DNA of 64,000 nucleotides from NCBI GenBank assembly GCA_951406725.2, contig OX597820.1, forward strand, positions 27,962,001-28,026,000. Direction: 5' to 3'. A program made the translations under genes and the position numbers. How positions within the stretch are numbered: the stretch's first letter is position 1; each line of letters begins with the position of its first letter. The DNA is from Octopus vulgaris. Lineage: Eukaryota. The notes under the pieces are model-generated. The model was not told the DNA's origin and searched no databases. It saw only the letters and a list, made by a program, of their open reading frames with translations. This document shows positions 1 through 12,417 of the stretch, one piece after another.

Positions 1-224
1 AATTTAAATGACTGATTCAAGTAAAAGAATAAAGAATAAAGTTTATTGGCCCCTTTTTTTAAAATTTAGCATATATTATAATACTACCCCACTTTATGCA
101 CACCTCACCCCTACACCTCCACTACGCCCCACACCTACCCCATCCTACATTCACATCCCAACCTCCACATCCGCACCCATCCATACCTACCCCTACATCC
201 CTAAACCAACGCACACCACACAAG

Positions 225-881
225 GTGACAGGTGATGAGAAATGTATTATCTATCGAAATGTTCAGAGAAACCGATCCTGGAGTGAGCGACATGAGCCAC
301 ACTTAGCCACCCTAAAAGCGGGTCTTCACCCTAAAAAAGTCTTGCTTTGTGTCTTGTGGGATTGGAAAGGAATTCTGTGCTATGAGCTTCTCCCAAGTAA
401 CCAGACAATTAATTCTGAGAAATACTGCATACAACTGGACAAGTTAAAAGCAGCAATTCAAGAGAAATGTCCAGAATTGGCCAACAGGGAGGGTGTTGTT
501 CTCTAATACGATAATGCAAGACCGTACATTTCTTTGGGAACCAGACAAAAATTGCTGCAGCTCGGCTGGGATGTGTTACCCCACCCTCCATATTCACCAG
601 ATATTGCTCCTTCGGATTTCCACTTATTCAGGTCTCTGCAGAATAGTTATAATGGTAAAAATTTCAATTCCTTGGATGACATAAAAAAATACCTTGATGA
701 ATTCTTTGCCATGAAACCACCTCAATTCTGGGAAGGTGGTATTTTCAAGTTAAAAGAAAGATGGAGACGCATTGTGCAAGAAAATGGTTCATATTAGTTT
801 GATTAAAAATGTAATGGCAAGTATTTATTGACCTTTTTCTTTCCTTTAAAAATCAGCACGAACTTTCCAGACAACCCAATA
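225..881 (+). mobile_element. Mariner (DD34D) transposon, 3' half: degenerate transposase plus right TIR
   Basis: Translation gives VTGDEK, LHPKKVLLCVLWDWKG, (stop)YDNARP and HPPYSPDIAPSDFHLFRSL. It is broken by a stop at 504-506 and a frameshift. It ends in GCACGAACTTTCCAGACAACCCAATA at ~856-881. Confidence 0.93.
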
Positions 882-1035
882 TATGTATATAATTATTCAG
901 TTTTATTTCAAGATTTCTTTCCAATAAAGAGTCGGTTTCTAACATAGATCCAGGGCTTATTCATTGAAATTCTAACATTATCAAGAGGGTATTTTTGTAT
1001 GTATGCATGTATATGTGAAGATTAGTATGTTTGGT

Positions 1036-1076
1036 TTCCTTTAAAAATCGGCACGAACTTTCCGGTCAGCCCTATA
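1036..1076 (+). repeat. Second copy of the mariner right end/TIR
   Basis: TTCCTTTAAAAATCGGCACGAACTTTCCGGTCAGCCCTATA closely matches 841-881. Confidence 0.8.
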
Positions 1077-1657
1077 TATTCATCTAATGAATGATACTGG
1101 GATCATTATGAGTCAACCAATCGACAATGTGACTAACTGAAGTTGACACGAATTTTCTGTTTTTCAAGTGGTGAAACGTGTATATCTGATAACATTTCTC
1201 TGCATTACTTCTGTGTAAAACCAGCTTTTCACTATCGCCTAATATCAGTGAAATATCTTGTTTCGAGACAAACCATAACTAAAATAGATAGTTTAGTTAA
1301 TAGAATATCCAGTAACGTTCTAAAATTATACTGATATTTCTATCTCGGAAATCATTGGTTGGTTTAGTATTTATGTATTATGCAGTGTCAAACAGATGCA
1401 CACAAAATGATGGATATACATTGCACATCATCTAATTTATTTTTATTATATTCGGATCAAATTGATTCTGTCCTATAAATGCAGAGTTATTATATATTTT
1501 GGTATTGTTTCCGAAGAAATCACACTGAAAATATTCAAATATGATTCAACTAGATTTTCTCTAGATGTCGCTGAGGTGAAGCTTGCCGTGTATATTTACT
1601 AAAGTGACACTGTCTCTTTGGAAAGAGGAAGACTGTAATAATGATCAAATGTCAAAA

Positions 1658-2007
1658 GGCGGCGAGCCGGCAGAAACATTAGTACGCCGGGCGAAATGCG
1701 TAGCCGTATTTCGTCTGCTGCTACGTTCTGAGTTCATATAAGTACCAGTTACGCACTGGAGTCGATATAATCGACTTAATCTGTTTGTCTGTCCCTGTTT
1801 GTCTCTTCTATGTTTAGCCCCTTGTGGGTAGTAAAGAAATAGGTATTTCGTCTGTCTTTACGTTCCGATTTCAAATTCCGCCGAGATCGACTTTACCTTT
1901 CATTCTTTCGAGGTCGATAAATTACGTACCAGTTGCGTACTGGGGTCGATCTGATCGACTGTCTCCTCTCCCCCAAAATATCGGGCCTTGTGCCTAGAGT
2001 AGAAAAG
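1658..2007 (+). mobile_element. tRNA-derived SINE with MetaSINE-like central domain, internally dimeric
   Basis: GGCGGCGAG..GGCAGAA head and a CCTTTCATTCTTTCGAGGTCGATAAA core. Perfect 18-bp TSD AATGATCAAATGTCAAAA at 1640-1657 and 2008-2025. Confidence 0.85.
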
Positions 2008-2059
2008 AATGATCAAATGTCAAAACGTACATAGTATCTTTATGCATATTTGTTTCAAC

Positions 2060-2088
2060 TCACACACATGCAGCACACACTCACACAA

Positions 2089-2119
<31 letters not shown>

Positions 2120-2312
2120 CACACACACACACACAAACAAATAAGTCATATATGTGTGTTTATATGTTTATACACATATATATATATGTGTGTGTGTATT
2201 TATACATACATATATGTGTGTATGTGTGTGTATATTTATATATATATATATATATATGCTTATGTATATATGTATACACATACACATACACACAAACACA
2301 CACACACACACC

Positions 2313-2404
<92 letters not shown>
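2060..2404. repeat. Compound (CA)n/(TG)n/(TA)n microsatellite
   Basis: Direct reading. Confidence 0.95.
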
Positions 2405-3428
2405 CAGTTGAAATTTACAGAAAAACAGAAGACGAAGACAACTGTATGAACAACAAACAGGTGTATTAGTTTGACGGTCGGCAAAGTGAAAAAATCTTTT
2501 ACGTTTCGAGCCTACGTTCTTCGTCAGAAAGAAAGAATAAACAGAGAGATAAAAACAAAATCTTGTGGATTTAGCGGCCAAGCATGGCGACAGGTTAGAA
2601 AAAAAAAGATTTGACGGGAAAGGTTGAAAGAAGGGGAGAGAATTCAGTGTCGGTGATCTTAAAACAAAGGTGCGCGTACGTGTGAGTGTTTGAGAATGGT
2701 AAGCATGTTTGTGTGGAAAGGGTCTACTGACTTTGGACGTGTGCGTCTGTGTGTGTGCATCTGTAACTTGTGGGTGTATGGATGATGGTGTGTGGGTGTG
2801 CGGATGACGGTGTGCGGTGTGGGTGTAGGGAAATGGTGAATGCAGTTGAGGGAGATTAGAAGTTCGGCTAGACAAAGAAATGTGGAGGTGTCAAGTCGGG
2901 GGTTGTGTCGAAGATTCAGAAAGTGATTAAGTGCAAGAAGTCCTTCGTCGTGTGGGATACGGTATATAGACACATGATATCAAGAGTGAAGAGGGGCCAG
3001 AAAAATTATCAACTGTTTGGAACTGGCCAGGAGCTCTTGTTCAATCCACACAGTGGAATGGTCGGTGGCCCAAGTCGGTGAAGTAGTGATTTTCATTAAA
3101 TGCAGGTGGAGTGTTGTGGAATAGTGCATATAGCCTGACGCGGCGCACAAAGATATGAATATCAGAAATTCATTACAGGATACTGTGAGAGGGGATGAAG
3201 CGCAGACCCTTACTAAGAAGAGACCGCTCCGCCTCAGAGGAATCATAACAACAGACTGAAGTGGTGGGTGGATGAGTTTGAAGTAGGAGGGGTGGTGAGG
3301 CAGTGGAATGCTGGTAGGAGAGAGAGGAGGAGTAAGCGCATGCGTGTGGTGGAGACCCAGAAGTGCGGTGTTGAATTTGGGGAGGTGTACATCGGGGTGG
3401 GGGTGGATAAGGAGAGTTGGGTGTATAC
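2403..3428 (-). mobile_element. Internally deleted Penelope-like element (N-terminal ORF relic plus pseudo-LTR with hammerhead)
   Basis: The minus strand translates SEAERSLLSKGLRFIP at ~3185-3235, matching the PLE N-terminal L..GL.F.P motif. A hammerhead lies at 2495-2532 and the element abuts (TA)n. Confidence 0.65.
2495..2532 (-). ncRNA. Minimal type I hammerhead ribozyme motif
   Basis: TCTTT-CTGACGA-A-GAAC-GTAG-GCTC-GAAA-CG-TA-AAAGA. Perfect 5-bp stem I, canonical core, palindromic stem III (ACGT) and one mismatch in stem II. Confidence 0.75.
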
Positions 3429-3429
3429 A

Positions 3430-3855
3430 CTTTACTCTTTTACTCTTTTATTTGTTTCAGTCATGCGAGTGTGGCCATGCCGGGAGCATCGCCTTTAGTC
3501 GAGCAAATCGACACCAGGACTTATTCTTTGTAAGCCTAGTACTTATTCTATCGGTCCTCTCTTTTAGCCGAACCGCTAAGTTACGGAGACGTAAACACAT
3601 TAGCAGCGGTCGTCAAGCGATGTTGGGGGGTAACAATCACAGACACACAAACATATACACATACATACGTATATATACATATATATACATATATACGACA
3701 AGCACCTTTCAGCTTCCGTCTACCAAATCCACTCACAAGGCTTGGTTGGCCCGAGGCTATAATAGAAGACACTTGCCCAAGGTGCCACGCAGTGGGACTG
3801 AACCCGGAACCATGTGGTTGGTAAGCAAGCTACTTACCACATAGCCACTCCTACG
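3430..3855 (-). mobile_element. tRNA-derived SINE with internal (TA)/(TG) tract and LINE-like stem-loop tail
   Basis: Head GTAGGAGTGGCT.TGTGGTAAGTAG..GGGTTCAGTCCC and tail CATGGCC..ATGACTGAAAC. Same family as 41125-41532. Confidence 0.85.
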
Positions 3856-3909
3856 TATATATATAAATCAATGAAATTCCGACTGATTTTCACGTTAATA
3901 TATTGAATT

Positions 3910-3947
3910 AAACTAGTACTTTCGCGCGTTAGGATATCATCAGATTT
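3910..3947 (-). ncRNA. Degenerate minimal hammerhead motif (probable PLE pseudo-LTR)
   Basis: AAAT-CTGATGA-(unpaired stem II)-GAAA-GTAC-TA-GTTT, downstream of the PLE GIY-YIG relic on the same strand. Confidence 0.5.
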
Positions 3948-4440
3948 CTGTAGTGACAGTCGTGGTCACAATTGACAACAGTAGTGAAATGGTTGGATTT
4001 ATCCTTTACACACACTCCGCTGGGTTCCAGCAGGATGAATCATACGAGCTATATTTTGACCAATCAGCATGTGGCTTAGATGTCACGGTTTGGTGAGCGC
4101 ACCAACTAAGTTGTTACTGTATTTTGACAATCAGTATTTGGTATAGACGTCACGATTTGGTGGGCATCGCTCGGATTCTTTACTCGACCGCACCTAAAGG
4201 AATAATTGGTTGGCTATATTTTGGAATGTTGTAAACAACAATCCTGTTTTTATTGAATTCTATTGTTACTCCAGAAATTTTTACATTTTAATTGATTCAA
4301 TGTTCATTTGGTCAGCACTACTAATATTTTCCCATCACTTTTATTGTTGTTGTTGTTGTTGTTGTCAGCTGAGGTAGCAGTAGTAATAGTAGTAGTACTT
4401 ATTATTATCTCTATCATCATTATAATTAGCACTGATGCTA

Positions 4441-5290
4441 TAACTGTCCATTTAGAACGGGTTTGAATTTATCAATAAAATTCTTTTCTCTGACATTTCT
4501 CTCAATTTCACGTGAATTGTGTAGTTTGTAGAATGGGAATATTATAAGCATCTTCCGACCACATGTTACCAGATGGTTACTTAAAGGGATAGACGGACAT
4601 CAGGGTCCCCAATTTTCTCGGTGCACATATGAACGTCCCTATAATGCAGTCCCAGTCTGACCAACTTACATCTCTTCACAATTCTTGCATTTGAGGCTGT
4701 AAAGTAAATTTCTACTTTTGCACTTCATATTTGCATTTGTAAATATTCTTTCAGTTTTTGTGTTCACATATTGTGCAGTATGTATGAACTGACATGTACC
4801 ACATCGATTATCTTGGAGATTAGATACAATGAATGATTCATTATTGTTGCTTAGGTAAAACTTTGCCTTTCTTACTAATTGTTTCAAATTTTTCGTCTGT
4901 TTTTTACTTAGAACCATAGCTCGATCCGAGATTATATCGTTTAATTCATTATTGATCAATTATCGGTAAGTTTGCTTTGACAATGCTAAATATATTTTGA
5001 TGAGATTACTATAAATTGTGTATTACTATATATGGTATGGCCTGTTCTTGTTTTCCTCTTCTTCGGGTTTCCCTAAGTAGTTGCATAGGCATTTCTATAA
5101 CACGCTCTATAGCATTTTCTATAAGAAGAGTCGAGTATTTTTGTTTGAGCAGAAATCATTTGAGTTCTGTCAAGCTTTTGTCTGGAATTCAGAGCTTTCA
5201 CAACGGCACAAAATTTTCTAGCTAGACAGTATGGGATATTGGGTTTTGTAATTTGTTGGATGGCATGATAAAAAGTTCAGATATTGATGC
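4441..5290 (-). mobile_element. Penelope-like element 3' relic: RT thumb, linker and GIY-YIG endonuclease (pseudogenised)
   Basis: KNLKQLVRKAK..RCGTC..CKSRNLLYSLKCKNCEEM*VGQTG..R..VH..REKNFIDKFKPVLN, with FLSCHP upstream. Confidence 0.85.
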
Positions 5291-5729
5291 GAATAAGCCA
5301 ACTTTGTGGCTTTAATTTTGTCGATGCGCCGGAAAGAAGATTAGCGGTTTGGATAACGCCTCTTTTGTTTTGCCGTTTAAAATTCACAATTCCAATTGTC
5401 GCAACAACCTTTTCGCTTCTACCTATGATTTCTCATGTGTCAGCGTCCTGATTTTTAAATAGAAAGACCATGTGCTCAGAGAGTGGAAGTTGCTTGGAAA
5501 CAAATGGCCTGATACAAAAATTTCACTAGACACGTGATTTCAGACCAAGAAGCTCTTATCTTTATGATGTATGCTTTAAATGATATTTATCTCTCACTGG
5601 ATGCAATGCTTTTTATTGATTTTACCATAACAGAAGAGTAAACTAAATATAAATAAATGTATGCATGTATGTATATGTAAATATCTATCTTTCTATCGGT
5701 CATATATATATATATATACATATATACAT

Positions 5730-5774
<45 letters not shown>

Positions 5775-6004
5775 TATATATATATGTATATTCATATACA
5801 TCGAATGCGACAAATCGAATCAAGGCTCGAGCGTTTTAATAGGTGCCAACGCATGAAACTCTCGGTCCTTGCACCTCTCCGTTGCTTCCACTAAATATCA
5901 ATAAATGTATATATCTCTACTCATATTTCGCGTTCTATTTTTAGCGGTTGCATCAACATACCTGCATAAGAATATGTATGTATATATATATATATATATA
6001 TATA

Positions 6005-6039
<35 letters not shown>

Positions 6040-6238
6040 ACTTATGACTCGTGACTGCTACCTCCCGTGTTTTTTCTGCCACTTTTTTACAGCCGCATTG
6101 AAATGTCCTCTCCAGTTTTGCGCAGGACTACTCAGCCACAGTAGGAGATGTTTTAGGACATTAAATATAAAAGCCGGACTAGGTCATTTTATGCACAACT
6201 CCATTGTCTCCCGCGACACAAAAGGATGCCAACAACAG

Positions 6239-6326
<88 letters not shown>

Positions 6327-6599
6327 ATTTACATGTGTAAATGACGAGCAGAACTCCTAAGACAGGGGCGGAAATAGCTGAAAAAGACTTTCAACAAGGC
6401 CCGGTCAAGGAGGAATGAAGTAGATTTTAGAAGGCACCATTTTTGTTACTTGTGACTTAGACAGAAATGTGTACGATATCGAAGGTGCCTTGTGGAAGGG
6501 ACGATCTCCGAAGGTCTTCTCTTCATCTTAGCTAGGAGCTTCTTAATATATAGTTACAAATGGTGGCTTTAATCTTAGGTGAGATATATCAAAGAAGGA

Positions 6600-6800
6600 G
6601 ATGACCTTGCCAGGGCTAAATGACTGATAGGAAGTCTAATGAAATAGAACTGATATGGGACAAGCAACAGTAAAAGGCAAGAATGTTTTTTAAATAATGA
6701 CAAATCTAAATGCTAATCTTCTAAGAAACCTATTGTAAAGAACGGTCTCATCAATATCCACAAAATCTAACATGAGATTTACTTAAAAGCAATCTGGACT
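6600..6800 (+). mobile_element. Highly decayed PLE reverse-transcriptase relic
   Basis: TDMGQATV resembles ADKGxATV, followed by GLINIHK, which resembles GLPKIHK. Confidence 0.35.
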
Positions 6801-7555
6801 CACGTAGAATTTACACAATACATATGATAACTGACCAATTTGTCCGACAATGATATTTTATACTTGAATTCACAAACAGATGAATATATTCATTGAATGT
6901 GGCCAGTTTGAATATAATTTGATTGTTACCAGATTAACTCGAATTAAATACAGTAATTTCAGTCGGTATCTATATTGTCTATGACACATTTTGTGTGAGA
7001 ATTCTGATTTCTTTTTCTTTATGTCGTCTAATGTAAATCCCCGACTGGGGAATCAATTGACGACCGGTTAGACACAAATGTATTTGTAGCCTTTATATAT
7101 ATCTTCGTCTACCTAATATGCCACCATGTGAGACTCTCCAGCGCATCACAGTGTATCTAGTGGCTGTTTGCTTCACCACAATTATATCATTCACACATTA
7201 TATCAAAATCAATCTATTTATGAAAAGCAAACTGGGGCTCGGCATAACACAGAGATTGCAAAGATGAAAGCTGTACGTCACGCACCCTGTAACTCTTTTA
7301 ACGACATAACAAGATACATGTTCGCTCACCGTTGAAAGCTTACATCAGCAAAACTATTTTCAATATGAAGTGTATGTACTCAATTAGATGTTGGACAAAA
7401 ACCAAAAAAGAAGAAGAATGAAGCAAAATATCTGTAGTCGAAGTGGGGATTGAACAAGAGCTATAAACAGTAAAGAAGTAATGAAAATATAGCCAGATCT
7501 CTGTGACTATATTTAAAATGCATATAATATAATTGGATGAGAGTATGTTTCCATT

Positions 7556-7575
7556 AACAACAACAACAATAACAA

Positions 7576-7613
<38 letters not shown>

Positions 7614-7633
7614 ACAACAACAGCAACAACAAC

Positions 7634-7680
<47 letters not shown>

Positions 7681-7717
7681 TAATAATGATGATGATAATA
7701 ATAATAATAATAATAAT
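7556..7717. repeat. Compound (AAC)/(AGC)/(AAT)n microsatellite
   Basis: Direct reading. Confidence 0.95.
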
Positions 7718-8268
7718 ATACATAAATAAAATAGAACAGAAAAAAGTGGTATAATTTTATTTCCAAATCAAGAAAAAAAGTGAAGTGCAGTAAAAGAAAT
7801 TTGTAAAATATAAATAGAAAAAGATACGAAGAAAGCAGAAGCGGAAATGAAATAAAATAAAGAGTTAGAATGGGGAAAAAAAAGATGGTATGTGAAAGAA
7901 AGATGGAAAGGATAGTGTTTATTATACAATTTGCAAGTGGAGAAAAAGACAGAGAACTTAAAAAAAAACAGAAGATAGCTGTTATAATGTGATATTCTTT
8001 CGTTGTTTTATGTGTTGTTTTTTTTTTGTTTTTTGTTTTACATTTTGTGTATGTTGAAATTTTATTCTACACATTGAAAATTATAGTTCACTTTATTTTT
8101 TTTGAATTACTTAATAACCATGCACGTACGTGCATATATACGCGCACGCACACACACACAAATATATGCACGTATATACGTATATGCATACATACACACA
8201 CATACACACGTATCTATATGTATATATTGCATTTGTGTGCCTATATTCATATATGTAACTATGTACAA

Positions 8269-8329
<61 letters not shown>

Positions 8330-8359
8330 TGTGCATCCATATATATGTATATGTGTGTG

Positions 8360-8418
<59 letters not shown>

Positions 8419-9170
8419 TTACGTGTGTAGAATAAGCAATTGTTTCGATGGGATTGCGTAACAGAGTGGTGGACAGAGAGGGAGGTGCAGACAGCAAAAT
8501 TCCATTTCCTGATAATGGTTTAGAATTGTTTCTGTAACCTGGATTGTCTCCTTCTGAAAAGCATCAATGAACTAGGTGAGAAAAACCCCCCAGAAAATAC
8601 AGCTCACGAATCGTACAATAGAAGCAGTTCATTAAATTGTCAACTGGTTCGTGATTTCGCTGTTCAGAGTTCAGTTTCCAGCACTAGGGGAAAAAACGTA
8701 TGTATTCATATATTCGTTTCATTGTATATATTCATTAGACGTTCAGTTTGAATTTGTATATATGTTCATATGCCTGTCTCTAGGGTTTGTATGTGTATGA
8801 GGGCCTGTGTGATGTAAACCATATATTAATCACTAACATTAACATAACCCTAATTATTTTTACCAATACACTTTTAATTGTTGTATTGGTTGTCACTATT
8901 TGTGTAGCCGTTCTCATTGTTGTCTTCCTATAATTATACATTTGATTGCTTCATTACGAACACACATATATTTTTACGATATTAAAATATTCAGGGAAAA
9001 ACAATAATATTTTCCCTAAGGCGTATGCGTTTAAAAATATTTGATTAGCAATTGTAACTGGATAGCTAGATACATTTCCCAAATATGCGTTCACAAAATA
9101 CCAATTAGTATTTGACAATGAACTGGTTGGTAGTGCTTTCTGGCATACCTTTAAAATAAATGACATTCAT

Positions 9171-9485
9171 CTTTCTTTTTACTCTTTTCAAGCCTAGCCA
9201 AGCTCATGGGCCCGGCTTCCTGGTTTCTGTGGCGTATGTGTTCCCCCCAGCTGGACGGAAAGCCAGTCCATCGCAGCGTTACTCAAGAAACAGAAAGAGA
9301 GAGTGAGAGAAAGTTGTGGCGAAAGAGTACAACAGGGGGCGCCACTACCTCCTGCCGGTGCCTCGTGCAACTTCTAGGTCTTTTCGCTCAATAAACACAC
9401 ACATAACGCCCGATTTGGGAATCGAAACCGCGATCCTCCGAACGCGAGTTGGCTGCCCTAACCACTGGGCCATTGCGCCTCCACT
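9171..9485 (-). mobile_element. tRNA(Arg)-like SINE (resembles octopus OR families)
   Basis: Head GGCGCAATGGCCCAGTGGTTAGGGCAG..GGTTTCGATTCCC. TSD ATAAATG(A/G)CATTCAT at 9156-9170 and 9486-9500. Confidence 0.85.
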
Positions 9486-9754
9486 ATAAATGGCATTCAT
9501 ACTATTTTGCTATTGTTTACCGATGGCTGTTAGTTACTTTTATGTACATTTCGTATACCAGAAGGCTTTGCAATTTAATTGAACTGCTGTCAATCTAACA
9601 ATGTGCAAAGAAAACAAAGAAAAAGAGACAGAGAGAGAGACAGAGAGAGACGTATGACTATCTAGAGACAATTCTTTTTTTCATTTCATAGATTGCTTAC
9701 TTTACCTAATTTCTATTCAGTAGTCGAGTAGTATATTGTTTTTAGTATATATTC

Positions 9755-9895
9755 TTTTCTAATCTAGGTGCAAGGCCTGGAATTTGGGGGGAGTGGGCTA
9801 GTCGATTAGATTGACCCCGGTACGCAACTGGTACTTAATTTATCGACCCCGAAAGGATGAAGGGCAAAGTAGACCTCGGCAGAATTTGAACTGAG
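9755..9895 (-). mobile_element. MetaSINE-like SINE, 3' part
   Basis: Reverse complement of the TTCATCCTTTCGGGGTCGATAAATTAAGTACCAG core. Confidence 0.75.
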
Positions 9896-10599
9896 AAGTA
9901 AAGTCAAACGATTTTTTAATGTATATAAAGAAGGAATATATTTTATTTTGCCTTCTAGCATATCATAAAAGATTGAATTTAGTGGAGGATGTCGAGAATT
10001 TCTTTATATTAATATCCGAAGAATGAGCATCACGAAAAGCTCTTTTACTATTAGTTTCAACAATTGTGTATAGAATTCTTGGATATTGTTTTTATTATTC
10101 AATATCTGCGTTATCTCCGTCAATGCACGTAGTGGTAATGTTGTTATGCTAAGTTCAGGATCTGGGGTTTTAGTTATATCTCTTCAGATTTTTAAAGCAA
10201 TCACAGAACATACAATATTTTAGGTTTTGATTCTCTTTTCAGTGTCCAATTTCCAGATTTTTATATGTGGATAATTTATAAATTCCTTTTACTGCTACAT
10301 TATTTCTTCTTGCGGGTTAAAGCTTGAATATCGGGGACTTTCATTGGCTGACTATCCTTGAAAAACATATCTGATGATATGAACTTCGTGCTCTCATGCA
10401 TCAGTCGCTGAGACACTTTTCGGGGACATATTTACACGACCTAGTTTCATTTTAATGGTATAACATATAGTGTACGAAAAAACTTACCAACTATTGTCAT
10501 TCTAGAAAATGCATTATTTATTATGGGTGATCAGAAATATTATGGTAAAAATTCTTCTAAAAAATTCACTAAAATATGAAAAGCATTCTAATTCATTAC

Positions 10600-10895
10600 A
10601 CGCTTTTATGGCTTCATAGTTTCTGATGAGATGGTCTGCCTTCAGTTTCAGTGAGGACTTCTCTGCTCTTCACCCAGTGTTGCCATTTTTCTTTACAGAT
10701 ATGTACATACAACTCATTATTGTTGTCAAACATGTCCATTTACGTACCTTTGCTGCCAACACAACAACATGGCATCGGAAAACTTTTTCATAAATTCAAT
10801 TATTGTTTTTGCTTTCTACTCAAAAGAGCTTGTCAATCCAGTCTCCGCTTTCTATATTTTGGCTTCCTTGGACAGAGAAAAAACATTTTCCCCTG
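10600..10895 (-). mobile_element. Old Dong/R4-like LINE relic
   Basis: WQQRYVNGH then WQHWVKSREVLTETEG, matching WQEKPLYG..QWLMASGLKSETEG of the element at 29314-31388. Confidence 0.55.
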
Positions 10896-12000
10896 TTTTT
10901 GTTTTCTATTTTGTTTTATAGCTATTTGTATGAGCTTCACTGTTTATTACTAAATATATTTTCGTTCTTCACTTGATACTTTATAATAGATTTCTTGTTG
11001 AATGAGAGCCCTACCTGATTCTATTCGTGGTAAACATAATGTTTCTATGTCAGATTTTGAGTGATATACACAAAGTGCACTCTTTTGTTGTTGTTTAATA
11101 TTATATTATTGGAATGTGATTGGGTGGAATATGAGTTCTATGTAGTGTTATGTTATTGCATGGCAACCGTATGCATTGTGATTTGTTTGAATTATGGTGT
11201 CTGGTACGATGTTTTGTAAAAATATGTGTTCTGCTTTGCTTATTGTAAGTTAAGTTTTCAAATAACTGATTTCTCTTGTAGGTTCCGTTCATATTAGACT
11301 ATTGAAAACTAGCCATGTATTTCTTGACATTAAAACTCGTGTTGAATATTGTGGAACAATCAGCTAGTTGGTATTCGATTAATTTGGATCCGTTGACAGA
11401 TTCTTTGTAGAACTCTGTTACATAACCTTATTCTTTCGGTGAGTTTCTTCCCAAGCGTTTTTGCTGATTCTTATTCATCGATTTTGTTTACTTTCCATTA
11501 TCGCTATTGCTTCTCTTAGGCTGTCTTTCGTGTTAACCCTAGTTTATATGATCTGGTGTGATTAGAGATTATATTTCGTGTCCTGTTAAGTGTGCTGTCA
11601 GGGAATCATTTTGTTGTAGCTGTTATTTGATTGGTTGTTCTCATAAGAAATTTTGAATTCTATTCATATATTTCTTTGCATCAGTTTTCCATTTCTCATA
11701 CTAATTACTTGCGTATGGGCTCTGCCCTATTTTCAATGAATTCGCGTTTATTGTCTGTGTCGTCTTTTCTGTTGTATCTACATTCTTTGTGCAGTATTTT
11801 GTATTTGTGGATTCTGTTGTGATAGCTTTCATTAGCTTACGGTAATATTATGTTTGTATCAACTATCAGTGTTGTAATATTTTCATGAATTAAGACGTCA
11901 TTTTTTACAGACGTTCATTTCCATTTCACTTTTTCGTCGTAAAGTCGTATGTAGTTAGTACATAATAGGGTCTGTTTTTATATTTTCATTGTTTAGTATG

Positions 12001-12417
12001 CAGTCTTGACCAAAGGTTTGGTACATTTTTAAAAAGAAGTAAAACTACTATGCCCAACTATATAATTCCATGCAAATATAGCGTTTATATTTGGGCATTT
12101 GATATAAAAATTCTAATTTTCAGACCTATGCTCCAAACGTTTGCCCAAGTTATAATATGTTGCAAATTAAATAGAACTTTGGCCATTTAATATAAAAATT
12201 CAAATTTTCAGATCTTTGCTCCAAAGTTTTGGCCAATTAATAATATATTGCAAATTAAATAGAACTTTGGCCATTTAATATAAAAATCCTACTTACCAGA
12301 TCTATGCTCCAAAATTCTGGTCAAGGAATAATGTGTTGCAAATTATATACCACATTGGGCATTTAATATAAAAAGCCTAATTTTCTGACCTATGTTCCAA
12401 ACGTTTGGTCACGACTG
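12001..12417. mobile_element. Tc1-type MITE containing about four tandem ~88-bp units
   Basis: 21-bp TIRs CAGTCTTGACCAAAGGTTTGG (12001-12021) and CCAAACGTTTGGTCACGACTG (12397-12417), followed by TA. Units start at ~12073, 12163, 12251 and 12338. Confidence 0.8.

Noticed and set aside
2009-2484. Long ORFs of YI/HT/CV repeats here and throughout the window
   Set aside because: They are translations of dinucleotide microsatellites.
11000-11900. Possible minus-strand PLE RT relic
   Set aside because: Only vague motif echoes are present, with no unambiguous conserved block.
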